From Promethearchaeota archaeon (lineage in GTDB: Archaea; Asgardarchaeota; Lokiarchaeia; Sigyniarchaeales; SOKP01): a stretch of 64,000 nt of DNA. Both the position numbers and the translations under genes were made by a program. The notes beneath the pieces were generated by a model. It was not told the DNA's origin. It did no database searches and saw only the letters and a list, made by a program, of their open reading frames with translations. Positions 1-10,216 of this stretch are shown here, one piece after another. Position 1 is the first letter of the stretch. Every line of letters begins with the position of its first letter. The stretch lies in the NCBI GenBank assembly GCA_019058365.1, contig JAHPZE010000023.1:1-64000 (forward strand), given 5' to 3'.

Positions 1-153
1 AAATAATTAGAAAAAAATAAAAAAGATTAAGAGTAAAATTTACTCAATTACTTTTCTCAATTGTAAAAATTTATGAAGTCACCAAATATTAGATATTAAT
101 TAAAAGTAATAAGAATAGTAGCTAAACAAAGATGGATATAAGAGTGGTATTGA

Positions 154-954
154 ATGGGCGATCGTTTGAAGGATAAAGTTGCTATAGTTATTGGAGCAGG
201 ACAACAATCGGGAGATACAATAGGTAATGGAAGAGCGATTTCAATTCTTTTTGCCCGTGAGGGCGCCAAGGTAATGCTTGTTGACCAAAATATTGATTCT
301 GCTCAAGAAACAAAGTTGATGATTGATAAGGAAGGTAAAGAATCGATCACTTTTAAGGCCAATATTGTAAAAGAGGAGGATTGTCGTCAAATAGTGGAGA
401 AATGCGTTGATTTATATGGTCAAGTCGATATCCTTGTCAATAATGTTGGTATTGGAGAGGGAGATAAGAGTTTGGTAAATTTGAGTGAAGATATATGGGA
501 TAAAATTTTTAATGCAAACTTGAAAGGAATGTTTTTCACATGTAAATATATATTACCTGTAATGGAGAAACAGGGAAATGGTTCTATTATCAATATATCT
601 TCTATTGCGGCTGTTTGTGCTACGCCTTTAGTCGCTTACAAAATATCAAAATCAGGAGTCAATTCTTTAACTCATCAATTAGCCATGAAATATGCTAAGA
701 AAGGAATCCGCATCAATGCCATCATGCCTGGATATTTAAATACTCCCATGGCTATTGAAGGAATATCAAGAGCAAGGGGGATAAGTAAAGAAGATTTAAT
801 AAAAGAGAGGGATAGCTTGGTACCATTAAAAGGGGGAATGGGAAATGCTTGGGACACTGCTTATGCCGCACTTTTCTTGGCTTCAGATGAAGCAAAATTT
901 ATTACTTCAGTTATACTCCCAGTTGACGGAGGTCAAAGCGCAAGAATAGGATAA
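154..954 (+). CDS. SDR family NAD(P)-dependent oxidoreductase (FabG-like)
   Basis: N-terminal Gly-rich Rossmann motif (IGAG...GNG), NNVG, YxxxK (YKISK), C-terminal PVDGG. Confidence 0.93.
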   Translation: MGDRLKDKVAIVIGAGQQSGDTIGNGRAISILFAREGAKVMLVDQNIDSAQETKLMIDKEGKESITFKANIVKEEDCRQIVEKCVDLYGQVDILVNNVGIGEGDKSLVNLSEDIWDKIFNANLKGMFFTCKYILPVMEKQGNGSIINISSIAAVCATPLVAYKISKSGVNSLTHQLAMKYAKKGIRINAIMPGYLNTPMAIEGISRARGISKEDLIKERDSLVPLKGGMGNAWDTAYAALFLASDEAKFITSVILPVDGGQSARIG

Positions 955-1026
955 ACTAAAGGTAAATAATTTATAATGATGATTTTTTAAAGTTAATTAG
1001 AATAATGAGATGGAGGTGTAGAAACA

Positions 1027-1644
1027 ATTACAAAAAAAATAGAAGAATTCCAAAAACAAGGAATAAATATTGGTCGAGAAAGGGTAAGGCTTAAACAACC
1101 CAGAATTTATCCATTAAAAGAATCAGAGTGGAATGAAGAAGTTAAAACAATCTTAAAACCATTGGTTGATCAAAAAACTGGTCGCATTATCAATATTTTC
1201 AAAACCTTAGCTAAACATGAAAAACTCCTAAAGCGATGGCTTGTATTTGCTAACCATATTTTGGGTAAATCTTCTCTCCCTGCAAGGGAGCGAGAAATCC
1301 TTATACTTCGTATTGGTTGGCTCTGCCAATCGGAGTACGAATGGGGTCAACATGTCAAAATAGGAAAAGAAAATGGGCTTACCGATAGCGAAATTCAAGG
1401 GATCATAAAAGGTCCAGATTTAAATGGGTGGAATAGATTTGATGCGACTTTATTAAAAGCTGTGGATGAACTTTATTATGATTCTTTTATTAGTGATCTT
1501 ACTTGGAAGACACTTAATGAGCGGTATAGTACACACCAACTTTTAGATTTGATTTTTACAGTGGGTCAGTATAATCTTGTAAGTATGGCACTAAATACTT
1601 TAGGTGTTCAGTTGGAAGATGGCACTAAAGGTTTTCCTAAATAA
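1027..1644 (+). CDS. Carboxymuconolactone decarboxylase/AhpD-like family protein
   Basis: LPAREREILILR, SEYEWGQH and TVGQY motifs. The frame is open from 1009 and contains the N-terminal PRIxP motif upstream of the TTG at 1162. SD GGAGGT (1012-1017) favours an ATT start at 1027. Confidence 0.85.
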   Translation: MTKKIEEFQKQGINIGRERVRLKQPRIYPLKESEWNEEVKTILKPLVDQKTGRIINIFKTLAKHEKLLKRWLVFANHILGKSSLPAREREILILRIGWLCQSEYEWGQHVKIGKENGLTDSEIQGIIKGPDLNGWNRFDATLLKAVDELYYDSFISDLTWKTLNERYSTHQLLDLIFTVGQYNLVSMALNTLGVQLEDGTKGFPK

Positions 1645-1806
1645 AAAATATCTAGAATTTAAAAATGAAGGATATATTTTCAATAGCTTAAAGAAGCATA
1701 TTATTTTGGGGGATTATAAAATACTTTTGTATATTTTCTCCTCTTGAAGATGTTGTTAATATAATATTATGTTCCCGTTTAACGCTTCTAAATTATAAAA
1801 AAAGAT

Positions 1807-2553
1807 TTAATCTATGGCTAGTTCTAAACCATCGAAAGCTGCCATTACATCTGGAAATAGTGTTTTAGCTTTTTTTTCTGCTTTTTTTCTCTCCTGTATA
1901 GTTTTATAAGTACTTGCATCAAAATGAGTTAAGACCAATTTTTTTACGTGGGATTTAACAGCTACTTCAGCAGCTTCTTCTGGTTTAAGATGAGGCCATC
2001 CCCATTCTTCTTGACCAGGCTTATATGAGCATTCTGTAATAAATATGTCTGCATCTTTAGCAAGTTCAAATAAATTTAGGCATAAACCAGTATCAGTACA
2101 ATATGTAATGATTTTATTTTCTAGTTCTAATCTATATCCTACACATGGATCTGCATGAACAAGAAACCTACACGTAACTGGAAACCCAATGTTATGTTTC
2201 CCTTCATCTAGATCATGAACTTGGACATTTAGTGGTAATTCAGCAAATGGGGATGAATAGGGATGGTTTATGATCAAGTTTAACCCCATTATTGTTCCTC
2301 TATATCCATAAATCTTAATTTTCTGATTAAAATGGAATTTTGCAAACGCATGAAGTCCTATTATGTGATCCAAATGAACATGACTAAGTAGTAAAATGAT
2401 TGGTTTTTCTTCATCAATATATTGATCAATTTTATAAATTCCATCACCCGCATCTAATAAAATATAAAATTCATCAGAGCAAATTAATGTAGAAGTAGTA
2501 TTTCCTAAATCTGTTGCATACCAGCCATTAGTTCCTAAAAATATAATTTTCAT
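1807..2553 (-). CDS. MBL-fold metallo-hydrolase, RNase Z-like
   Basis: FLGTNG start, DAGDG, HVHLDH (HxHxDH), TDTG, LTHF. Confidence 0.88.
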   Translation of the reverse strand: MKIIFLGTNGWYATDLGNTTSTLICSDEFYILLDAGDGIYKIDQYIDEEKPIILLLSHVHLDHIIGLHAFAKFHFNQKIKIYGYRGTIMGLNLIINHPYSSPFAELPLNVQVHDLDEGKHNIGFPVTCRFLVHADPCVGYRLELENKIITYCTDTGLCLNLFELAKDADIFITECSYKPGQEEWGWPHLKPEEAAEVAVKSHVKKLVLTHFDASTYKTIQERKKAEKKAKTLFPDVMAAFDGLELAID

Positions 2554-2628
2554 ATTATTACCGAATCAGTGTTTGGAATAGTAATAATAAGACTATAACT
2601 TAAATTTAAGTTAAGATTATGTTAATTG

Positions 2629-3453
2629 TTAGTTTTTTCCGATTTGTATGCATCTCATTGAAACGGAGCCATGTTGAAATCCTTCATGGATGAATATTAC
2701 GGGTTCATCTTTTTCTTGTAAAGCAATTGTGTAGATCAGTGGAAGGTAATGATCCCATGTTGGAATTCCCAAATTGGCAACATTTCCCATTTCTTTAAAA
2801 TTTATTAAATTTTGATGATTATAATGCAATAGGTTTTTTTTTACAATCTCATCAAGTTGTTTTGCCCAATCCATTATAGGTGCATCAACGTTAAAGTCGA
2901 TAATCCCTAGATTATGTACGATATTTCCACTTCCGATTATTAAAACTCCCTGTTCACGGAGGAATGTTAGATTTTTTGCCAATTGATAATGATATTCCAT
3001 GGGTTTCACGTTCCATCTGTTAAAACCATAATCTAAACTAAGTTCTAAAACAGGGATATCTGCATTAGGGTAGATATGTTTAAGGATTGCCCAGGATGCA
3101 TGATCATAACCCCATTCATGATCACATGTAACATTGAAGGATTCAAGTTTCTTACTAATCAACGTGGCTAATTCCGGCAATCCAGGACTTGGATAGTCAA
3201 TTTCGTAGAGTTCCTTTGGAAATCCATAAAAATCATATATAAGACTAGGTTTCTTGGAACATAATACTCTTGTCCCAGAAGTCAACCAGTGAGCAGAGAT
3301 TACTAAAATTGCTTTTGGTTTTGGCAAATCCTTACCCAATTTCTTCAAATTTTGAGTAAATTTGTTTTCAGAGATAATATTCATTGGAGATCCATGCCCT
3401 ATAAAAAGCACAGGCATTTTTAATCCTTCATTTTTGTTTCCCTTTAGAGTCAT
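2629..3453 (-). CDS. ygiD: DODA-type extradiol ring-cleavage dioxygenase (YgiD/LigB family)
   Basis: MPVLFIGHGSPM, ISAHW, YDFYGFP, DHASW, GSGNIVHNL, HYLPL motifs. Confidence 0.88.
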   Translation of the reverse strand: MTLKGNKNEGLKMPVLFIGHGSPMNIISENKFTQNLKKLGKDLPKPKAILVISAHWLTSGTRVLCSKKPSLIYDFYGFPKELYEIDYPSPGLPELATLISKKLESFNVTCDHEWGYDHASWAILKHIYPNADIPVLELSLDYGFNRWNVKPMEYHYQLAKNLTFLREQGVLIIGSGNIVHNLGIIDFNVDAPIMDWAKQLDEIVKKNLLHYNHQNLINFKEMGNVANLGIPTWDHYLPLIYTIALQEKDEPVIFIHEGFQHGSVSMRCIQIGKN

Positions 3454-3473
3454 ATGAGAGTACTTAAAAAATT

Positions 3474-4010
3474 TTATTTATTTTGAAGGTTTTCAATAAC
3501 TTTTTCGTATTTTTCATGAATTAAAGTTTTGTCAAAATCCCAAAATTCTTGGAGCATTTTATCTTGTTCCTCTTTAGTAAAGTACTTCATTACCGGGATG
3601 AAAAAATGTTTATCTTCCTTTTCAATATGTTTTGGGTAAAATTCAGTCAATTCAGTTAGATATTTTACAATGTCATTTAGTACTTTTACATTGCCTTTTT
3701 CATATTGATTTTTAGCATCAACCAACTTCCCTACCGTTGTTCTTGCCCATATATGTTCTTTTATTAGTTCTTCCATTATCTTTGTGTGATTAGGAGAAAG
3801 CTCTTTCTTCGCAAGATCTCTAAAAAGAATTTCTTCTTCCTTGCCATGATGAGTTCTATCAGCATACATTCTAATAAAGTCAACAGTAATATCAATGAAT
3901 AGAGGATTTGCTTTAAGAAATTTCTTCATTTTCTCAATTTCTTTTTCCATAAGTTGAAGCATTTTTTCAATTAATCTATGCTCTTTCATTAAGGGTCCAA
4001 TAGGCATCAT
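3474..4010 (-). CDS. Hemerythrin/HHE cation-binding domain protein
   Basis: EHRLI, HHGKEEEILF, EH, HIEKED iron-ligand pattern. Confidence 0.9.
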   Translation of the reverse strand: MMPIGPLMKEHRLIEKMLQLMEKEIEKMKKFLKANPLFIDITVDFIRMYADRTHHGKEEEILFRDLAKKELSPNHTKIMEELIKEHIWARTTVGKLVDAKNQYEKGNVKVLNDIVKYLTELTEFYPKHIEKEDKHFFIPVMKYFTKEEQDKMLQEFWDFDKTLIHEKYEKVIENLQNK

Positions 4011-4413
4011 TTTAGTTTTACCTTTTTAGTGATTTATTTTAAATTTAATAAAATTAGGTATAAAATGTATATAAAGGTAATTTCGAACATGTTTCGTAGA
4101 TATAATGATTTTTAAATGACAATTTTGTGATTTATTATTCCTATATGATTTTAAACTTTTATTTAATACTTTTGAGATTAGAGAAGAATATTTTTATTTC
4201 ATTTAGGAATTAGCTGAAATTTTATCATTTGATGTCAATTCCTTTATGTCATGTGAAAAGAACGGCGAACTGAGAAATTTATAAGGGTATATTGCTTTAT
4301 TCTATATAGGGTTAAGTGGTTTAGAATAATAAATTAACTTTTTATAAAATAAAATGTAGATTCCGGGTGGAATTTAGGTTTTATAATCTTTCAAAAATGG
4401 GTTTTTAAATAAA

Positions 4414-5553
4414 ATGGCGGAATATGACTTTACGTTTAAAATAGTACTTGTTGGTGATGCATCAGAGGGAAAATCATATTTTGCGAGGAGTTTTTGCTAT
4501 AATCTATTTAATAATGATACAAGAATTACGATTGGAGTAGATTTTTTTATAAGAAGTCTAAATCTGCTTGGACAAAATATTAAATTTCAAATATGGGATT
4601 TAGAGGCCGAGGAAAGATTTAGATTTTTAGTTCCAACCTATTGTAAAGGTGCTAATGGTGGCATAATAGTATATGATGTTAAAAACGCTAATTCTTTAGC
4701 CCATATTCTTGAAAATGTTCTGATTATAAGGCGAGAAGCGGGAGACATTCCAATAATGATAATCGGAACTAAATGTGTAGATAATGATCGAAAGGATTTA
4801 AGAGATCAAGAAATGCTAGAAGATCAATCAGATACTATACAAGAAGCAAAAGAGATTTTTGAAAATTTAGCTGAAATTTTAGTTGAAGGTATTTCCCCTA
4901 ATATAATAGTAATACCTAAACCCGTTGAATTAAAAAGAAGGCCGTACAGTGAAAAATGGCCCGAATTAAGAGTCAATGATCATCTAGTTCTTAAGTTAGA
5001 AAACAATAGGACTAATATATATGTCGGAGGGAGATTGTTCAGTCATTGTAAATATTTATTATTAAATATTGAGTATAATGAATTTAAAAAGTATGATGAG
5101 CTTGAATCTATCGATGAAGCGGCAGAAAAGCTTGGTGATTCAATGCATGGAGTGGGATTTGGAAAGTATCATGTGTCTCCTGAAACAGAATTTTGGGGGC
5201 ATTGTTCAAATATCCAAGCTTGGTACGAAAACAAATATGACACTCGTCTACTACATAGAAATTTAGCATTTCCATTGTTGAAAGCTCTTATAAATTCCGG
5301 AGATCCTCTGGCAAAAAGAGTATTAAAAGAAGAGATTGCAGAGAGACTTGAGAGTGGTTATCCTTCAGTGGTTTTGTACCTAATAAATGAAAACTACTTG
5401 AACTATTTAAATCAAGAAGAATTGAATACAATCTTTGAAAATCCAAAATTTCAAAAAAATTTATCAAAATGGTTTAAAGATTCTAAACTTATTCCACGAT
5501 GGTTGTCTAGAAAAATCAAATCTAAACTAAAAGACCTGAATTTATTGAAATAA
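4414..5553 (+). CDS. Rab-like small GTPase (degenerate G3-G5) fused to a C-terminal EFWGHCSNxQAW domain
   Basis: FKIVLVGDASEGKS (G1), TIGVDF (G2), WDLEAEERF (altered G3), GTKC. C-terminal ~190 aa with SIDEAAE, EFWGHCSNIQAW, LLHRNLAFPLLK. Confidence 0.8.
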   Translation: MAEYDFTFKIVLVGDASEGKSYFARSFCYNLFNNDTRITIGVDFFIRSLNLLGQNIKFQIWDLEAEERFRFLVPTYCKGANGGIIVYDVKNANSLAHILENVLIIRREAGDIPIMIIGTKCVDNDRKDLRDQEMLEDQSDTIQEAKEIFENLAEILVEGISPNIIVIPKPVELKRRPYSEKWPELRVNDHLVLKLENNRTNIYVGGRLFSHCKYLLLNIEYNEFKKYDELESIDEAAEKLGDSMHGVGFGKYHVSPETEFWGHCSNIQAWYENKYDTRLLHRNLAFPLLKALINSGDPLAKRVLKEEIAERLESGYPSVVLYLINENYLNYLNQEELNTIFENPKFQKNLSKWFKDSKLIPRWLSRKIKSKLKDLNLLK

Positions 5554-5694
5554 TAAATTTAAAGTAGTAAAAAAAGGATCTATTCATTTTTTATGTAAGT
5601 AAATTTACTATTTCTGAATATGTGTCTCTGAATTCATACATATCTCCCTTAGCTTTAATATTGCAAGAAGGCTTAGAAGTGATAAGTAATTCTG

Positions 5695-6660
5695 TTAAGT
5701 AGAGGGATAAAGGTCAAATTCTTTTAGGCTATCTAATTCTCGGTCAGCAGCATAGCCTAAAAATCCATTAGTTATGCAATTACTATAAAAATCATATTTC
5801 AATGATGCTAATTGAGGATAGTCTATGATCAATACTAATTTATTATTGTCAATTGCTTTATTTAAATTATGTGTGCCTTGATTACGCCAACTATCATTTG
5901 TAGGGATATTATCAAAATAAAATAAATCTTCTCGTCCAATACCATCAATGTGTTCTAAATAGGTTGAATTTAATAATAATTCGTCAGCATTTTGAACGAA
6001 GACTGAAAAGTTATCACTAGCTTCATTTTTTACGTAGCTTGATATATTTCCTACAAAATCAATCATTTTCCAGTCGTTATTTGGAATTACACCTTGATAG
6101 AATTCATATGCATCAATAATGTCCATGTAAATACCATCAAATCCAGCTGTTATAATCCTATCTAAATAATCGAATATTATTTGTTGCCATTCAATCATCC
6201 AAAATTTTACTTTATAGTTACCTTCCCAATCAGGATTTTCAATGTCCAACCAATTTGGAGCACCTGGATCTGGTATTCCATCCCGATTTGCATCCCAAGA
6301 TTCTTCCCAATAAAACCTATAATTTTCCGCTTCACCGATACTTATATAAGAAATCAGAAATTTCTCTTTATCTCCTGTGGATTTCATATAATTCACGTCT
6401 GAAGAAGAAAATTCCCCTGTTTCATTTCCATCTGATGAGTAATCCATAATTATTAGATCATAGTTAGAATTTCTAATAGACTCCTTATTGATATTTTGAA
6501 GCAAATAAGCAAAATCATCAATTACTACACCATTCATATTAAATTCAACTCTAGGTAAATAGTCATCATTATTAAAGAGAGTGGAAATTAAGTAAATAGC
6601 GCCTATTGAGCCTCCTATGATAAGGACGATAACAAATATGATTATACCTTTTTTATGCAT
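5695..6660 (-). CDS. Membrane-anchored endo-alpha-1,4-polygalactosaminidase-like glycoside hydrolase (GH114, MJ1477/TM1410 type)
   Basis: N-terminal TM helix. SYISIGEAENYRFYW, ENPDWEGNYKVKFW, GFDGIYMDIIDAY, QNA, GIGRED motifs. Confidence 0.85.
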   Translation of the reverse strand: MHKKGIIIFVIVLIIGGSIGAIYLISTLFNNDDYLPRVEFNMNGVVIDDFAYLLQNINKESIRNSNYDLIIMDYSSDGNETGEFSSSDVNYMKSTGDKEKFLISYISIGEAENYRFYWEESWDANRDGIPDPGAPNWLDIENPDWEGNYKVKFWMIEWQQIIFDYLDRIITAGFDGIYMDIIDAYEFYQGVIPNNDWKMIDFVGNISSYVKNEASDNFSVFVQNADELLLNSTYLEHIDGIGREDLFYFDNIPTNDSWRNQGTHNLNKAIDNNKLVLIIDYPQLASLKYDFYSNCITNGFLGYAADRELDSLKEFDLYPST

Positions 6661-6973
6661 TTTAATTTAATTTATTTTATAATCAAGTTAGAAATTAAAA
6701 GAAAATTATTCTTTATAAAATTAAACCCAATTTGGAAATAGGGTTTATGCACATTGAAAAAAAAATGTAAAATGATAGTCTAATACATTTCAAGGATGAT
6801 TAAATAAGCAAATTGGTTCCATGAATGTTAATTAAAAATTCGTTCAGACCCAAATATTTAAATAATTAAAAAATAATTAAGATTTGACAAAAATTTCGTT
6901 TTTAACGAATAATCATATTTTTTTCAAAAATCCTATTTGTAAATCATAATTAAAGATTTGAGGAGGGAGGACA

Positions 6974-9900
6974 ATTAAAAGTCAAAAATTTCTAATATTT
7001 TTGTGTTTGTTTTGTTTAGGAGTTTATCTTTTTTCTTATCATTTTATAGTATTAGATTCAAAAAATCCTAAAAATTATAATATGGAGATGAAAAATGAGG
7101 ATTTTCAACAGCCAATTCAAAATCCAAAAGAAATTTTAGACCAAAACCCTAAAATATCATCATCTTTAACACCAAAAGAAGCCTATGCGATTATTGTAGG
7201 TATTTCAAATTATCCAGGAACTACAGCTGACTTAAATTATTGTGATGATGATGCTCAAGAGGTATATGCTATGTTGATAAACGAATATAATTTTAAGCCT
7301 GAAAATATCATATATCTTCAAGATTCTAGTGCTACAAAAAATGCGATCAGTAATGCTTTTGATCAAATTGCTTCACAAATCAATGAAGATGACGTCTTTT
7401 TCTTTTATTATTCTGGACATGGAGGTTTTGGAACTGAAGTTGGACCTATTACATGGATTGCAGAGACATCTCATCCATATTCAAACAATTATGATCATAT
7501 TTGGAGTATTTCGAGAACGGGAGCTGCTTATATGAGGGTACATTTTTATCGATTTGATTGTGAATATTATTATGATTATGCTTTATGTGGTGATTCGGAT
7601 GTTGCATCAGGATGGTATTATGAAGCATATAGCGGAAATTATGGATATAATTTTTGGTCCGCTTATATACCAGTATCTAGATATTATATTCGTTTTGTTT
7701 CAGATTATTCCATTACGGGATATGGGTTTAAAATAGATAAATATGAAGCTATTTTAGATGATGGGACACATTATCTGTGTTCATATGACTCAATTCCAAA
7801 TTCTCCAAGTAATTATTATATAGACTCATTGATTGACTCAAAATTGGACAGTATAAATTCTACTGAGAAATATGTAGTGGTTGATTCATGTTATAGTGGT
7901 GGTGTGATTCCCGAAGTACAGGAAATTGGCAGATACATAATGACTGCTTGTGAGGATGATGAATCTAGTTTAGAAACGTCAAGTTTACAGCATGGAGTTT
8001 TCAGTTATTATTTTCTTCGATCAAAAGAATACGCCACTGATACTAATGGAGATGGTGTTATTTCAATGGAGGAATGTTATTCATATGTGTATTCGAATAC
8101 AGTGTCTTATTCTGGATCCTTAGGATATACACATCATCCGCAACAATATGATGGGATAACAGGTCCGGCTGTTTTATATACAACATTTGGTTCAGTTTCA
8201 CTTACTCCTATTGGAAATTCTTTATCATATTCATTTATTCTATATGGAACGGGTTTGATTGAAGAATTATATATTATTGTTTGTAATGTTACTCTAGATG
8301 TGGTATATGAAATTGAAGATCTGACAATAAATTCATCTACAAGCACTGGTTTTGGTTCATATTCGGGTTTAATTCAATTAGATGGAGTTTCAGGATTTAC
8401 AGGTTATGGAATTTTTGCTACAATTCAGGGAAATAGGGAAATTATTCTAAATAATACTGTCTCAGAAGATACTGATAATGATTCGCTCGAAGATATTTTT
8501 GAGATTTTTGCAGGGTTAGATCCCCTAAATAACGATACTGATTCAGATGGATTAAGTGATTCTTTCGAATTTAACGGGGATACTGATCCCCTTTTGAATG
8601 ATACCGATAATGATGGTTTATTAGATGGATTAGAAGTTTTAACATATTTTACGAATGCTACAAATCCCGACACTGATGGAGATGGATTAATTGATGGAGA
8701 TGAAGTGTTCGTATATTTAACTAATGCAACAAATATAGATTCGGAATATGATGGAATGGATGATTATTATGAGGTATTTAATGATTTGGATCCATTGATA
8801 AATGATACAAGCTTAGACTATGATGGTGATGGATTAACCAATTTGATAGAATACCAACTAGGCTCCTTTGCAAACGATTCAGATTCTGATAATGATGGTT
8901 TATTAGATGGATTAGAAGTTTTAACATATTTTACGAATTGTACAAATCCCGACACTGATGGAGATGGATTAATTGATGGAGATGAAGTATTCATATATTT
9001 AACTAATGCAACAAATATAGATTCGGAATATGATGGAATGGATGATTATTATGAGGTATTTAATGATTTGGATCCATTGATAGATGATTCAAACTTGGAT
9101 TACGATGGTGATGGATTAATCAATTTGATAGAATACCAATCAGGCTCCTTTGCAAATGATTCGGATTCTGATAATGATAGTATGCCGGATTATTATGAAT
9201 ATAATAATGACTTAAACCTTTTACAAGATGATACTGAATTAGATTATGATGGAGATGGGTTGAGTAATTTATTGGAATATCAATTAGGTTCATTGGCAAA
9301 TAATTTGGACTCTGATAATGATAGTATGCCAGACTTTTATGAATATAATAATGATTTAAACCTTTTAGAAGATGATGCTGAGTTAGATTATGATGGTGAT
9401 GGGTTGACTAATCTTAACGAATTTACTCTAGACACGAATCCACAAGATCCAGATACTGATAATGACGGTTTAACTGATGGAATCGAAGTTTCTAAATATA
9501 ACACAGATCCAACGAATCGTGACACTGATGGAGATGGGTATTCAGACGGTATTGAAGTGGCATGGGGTACAGATCCCCTTAATCCCAAAATTACTTTAAT
9601 AACAGCTTTTCTAAACATCATTGGTATTGTAATACTCTCATGCGTGGGCTCTTATTCTGTATATACACAAATTGTCAAAAAGAAACGCAATAAATTACAA
9701 AAGCCAATAAAAGAGAAGTTTTCAATCAATAAGGACCAGGATCTCTATAATATTCTCAAAATAGAAAAAAAATACAAACCTAAACCTAAACCAAAACCGA
9801 CATCATATGGATATAAACCGGTATATTCTGCTTATGCTAAACCAAGTACAATTCCAAGACAAATCGATCTTAATAAAATTAGGGATTTAATTCTTTTTGG

Positions 9901-10216
9901 CATGCCGCCACCTAAACCAATTAATTCTGTTGACGGCCAAAGAGCACTAAAAATTGCCAATATGGCACTTGAAGCTATTACCTTAGGTGATATTAAAAAA
10001 TCATTTGATTACATGATAAATTCTTTAATGTTAGGCGTACCTGAACCAACGAATAGTCGTATAAAAAGTTTTATTCTTGATTCATTGAATCGAAGTAGTG
10101 GTTCTTCAAATAATAATTCACAAGGTAATTTAATTGGTTATAAAAAGTGCAAATGGTGTGGAACCCAAGTTAAAAGTACAAATAAATATTGCTATAATTG
10201 TGGGAGGTTATTATAA
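6974..10216 (+). CDS. Membrane-anchored caspase-family (C14/metacaspase) protease with CUB-like insertion, DxDxDG Ca-binding repeats, TM helix and C-terminal zinc ribbon
   Basis: YAIIVGISNY, YSGHG (catalytic His), DSCYSG (catalytic Cys), many DxDxDG repeats, TM helix followed by KKKRNK, CKWC...CYNC. An in-frame ATT at 6974 follows GGAGG, whereas the ORF track starts at TTG 7001. Confidence 0.85.
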   Translation: MKSQKFLIFLCLFCLGVYLFSYHFIVLDSKNPKNYNMEMKNEDFQQPIQNPKEILDQNPKISSSLTPKEAYAIIVGISNYPGTTADLNYCDDDAQEVYAMLINEYNFKPENIIYLQDSSATKNAISNAFDQIASQINEDDVFFFYYSGHGGFGTEVGPITWIAETSHPYSNNYDHIWSISRTGAAYMRVHFYRFDCEYYYDYALCGDSDVASGWYYEAYSGNYGYNFWSAYIPVSRYYIRFVSDYSITGYGFKIDKYEAILDDGTHYLCSYDSIPNSPSNYYIDSLIDSKLDSINSTEKYVVVDSCYSGGVIPEVQEIGRYIMTACEDDESSLETSSLQHGVFSYYFLRSKEYATDTNGDGVISMEECYSYVYSNTVSYSGSLGYTHHPQQYDGITGPAVLYTTFGSVSLTPIGNSLSYSFILYGTGLIEELYIIVCNVTLDVVYEIEDLTINSSTSTGFGSYSGLIQLDGVSGFTGYGIFATIQGNREIILNNTVSEDTDNDSLEDIFEIFAGLDPLNNDTDSDGLSDSFEFNGDTDPLLNDTDNDGLLDGLEVLTYFTNATNPDTDGDGLIDGDEVFVYLTNATNIDSEYDGMDDYYEVFNDLDPLINDTSLDYDGDGLTNLIEYQLGSFANDSDSDNDGLLDGLEVLTYFTNCTNPDTDGDGLIDGDEVFIYLTNATNIDSEYDGMDDYYEVFNDLDPLIDDSNLDYDGDGLINLIEYQSGSFANDSDSDNDSMPDYYEYNNDLNLLQDDTELDYDGDGLSNLLEYQLGSLANNLDSDNDSMPDFYEYNNDLNLLEDDAELDYDGDGLTNLNEFTLDTNPQDPDTDNDGLTDGIEVSKYNTDPTNRDTDGDGYSDGIEVAWGTDPLNPKITLITAFLNIIGIVILSCVGSYSVYTQIVKKKRNKLQKPIKEKFSINKDQDLYNILKIEKKYKPKPKPKPTSYGYKPVYSAYAKPSTIPRQIDLNKIRDLILFGMPPPKPINSVDGQRALKIANMALEAITLGDIKKSFDYMINSLMLGVPEPTNSRIKSFILDSLNRSSGSSNNNSQGNLIGYKKCKWCGTQVKSTNKYCYNCGRLL
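8606..9454 (+). repeat. Intragenic tandem duplications: 282-bp unit x2 (starts 8606, 8888) and 144-bp unit x2 (starts 9167, 9311)
   Basis: GATAATGATGGTTTATTAGATGGATTAGAAGTTTTAACATATTTTACGAAT at 8606 and 8888. TCTGATAATGATAGTATGCC at 9167 and 9311. Confidence 0.9.

Noticed and set aside
8606-9454. Repeats as a CRISPR array
   Set aside because: They are in-frame coding repeats without unique spacers, and no cas genes are present.
8425-9621. Antisense ORFs 8425-8673 and 9388-9621 and other short ORFs nested in long genes (e.g. 675-857, 6181-6402, 22656-22895, 32068-32412, 45467-45799, 55095-55301)
   Set aside because: Shadow frames of well-supported genes, with no motifs or SD signals.
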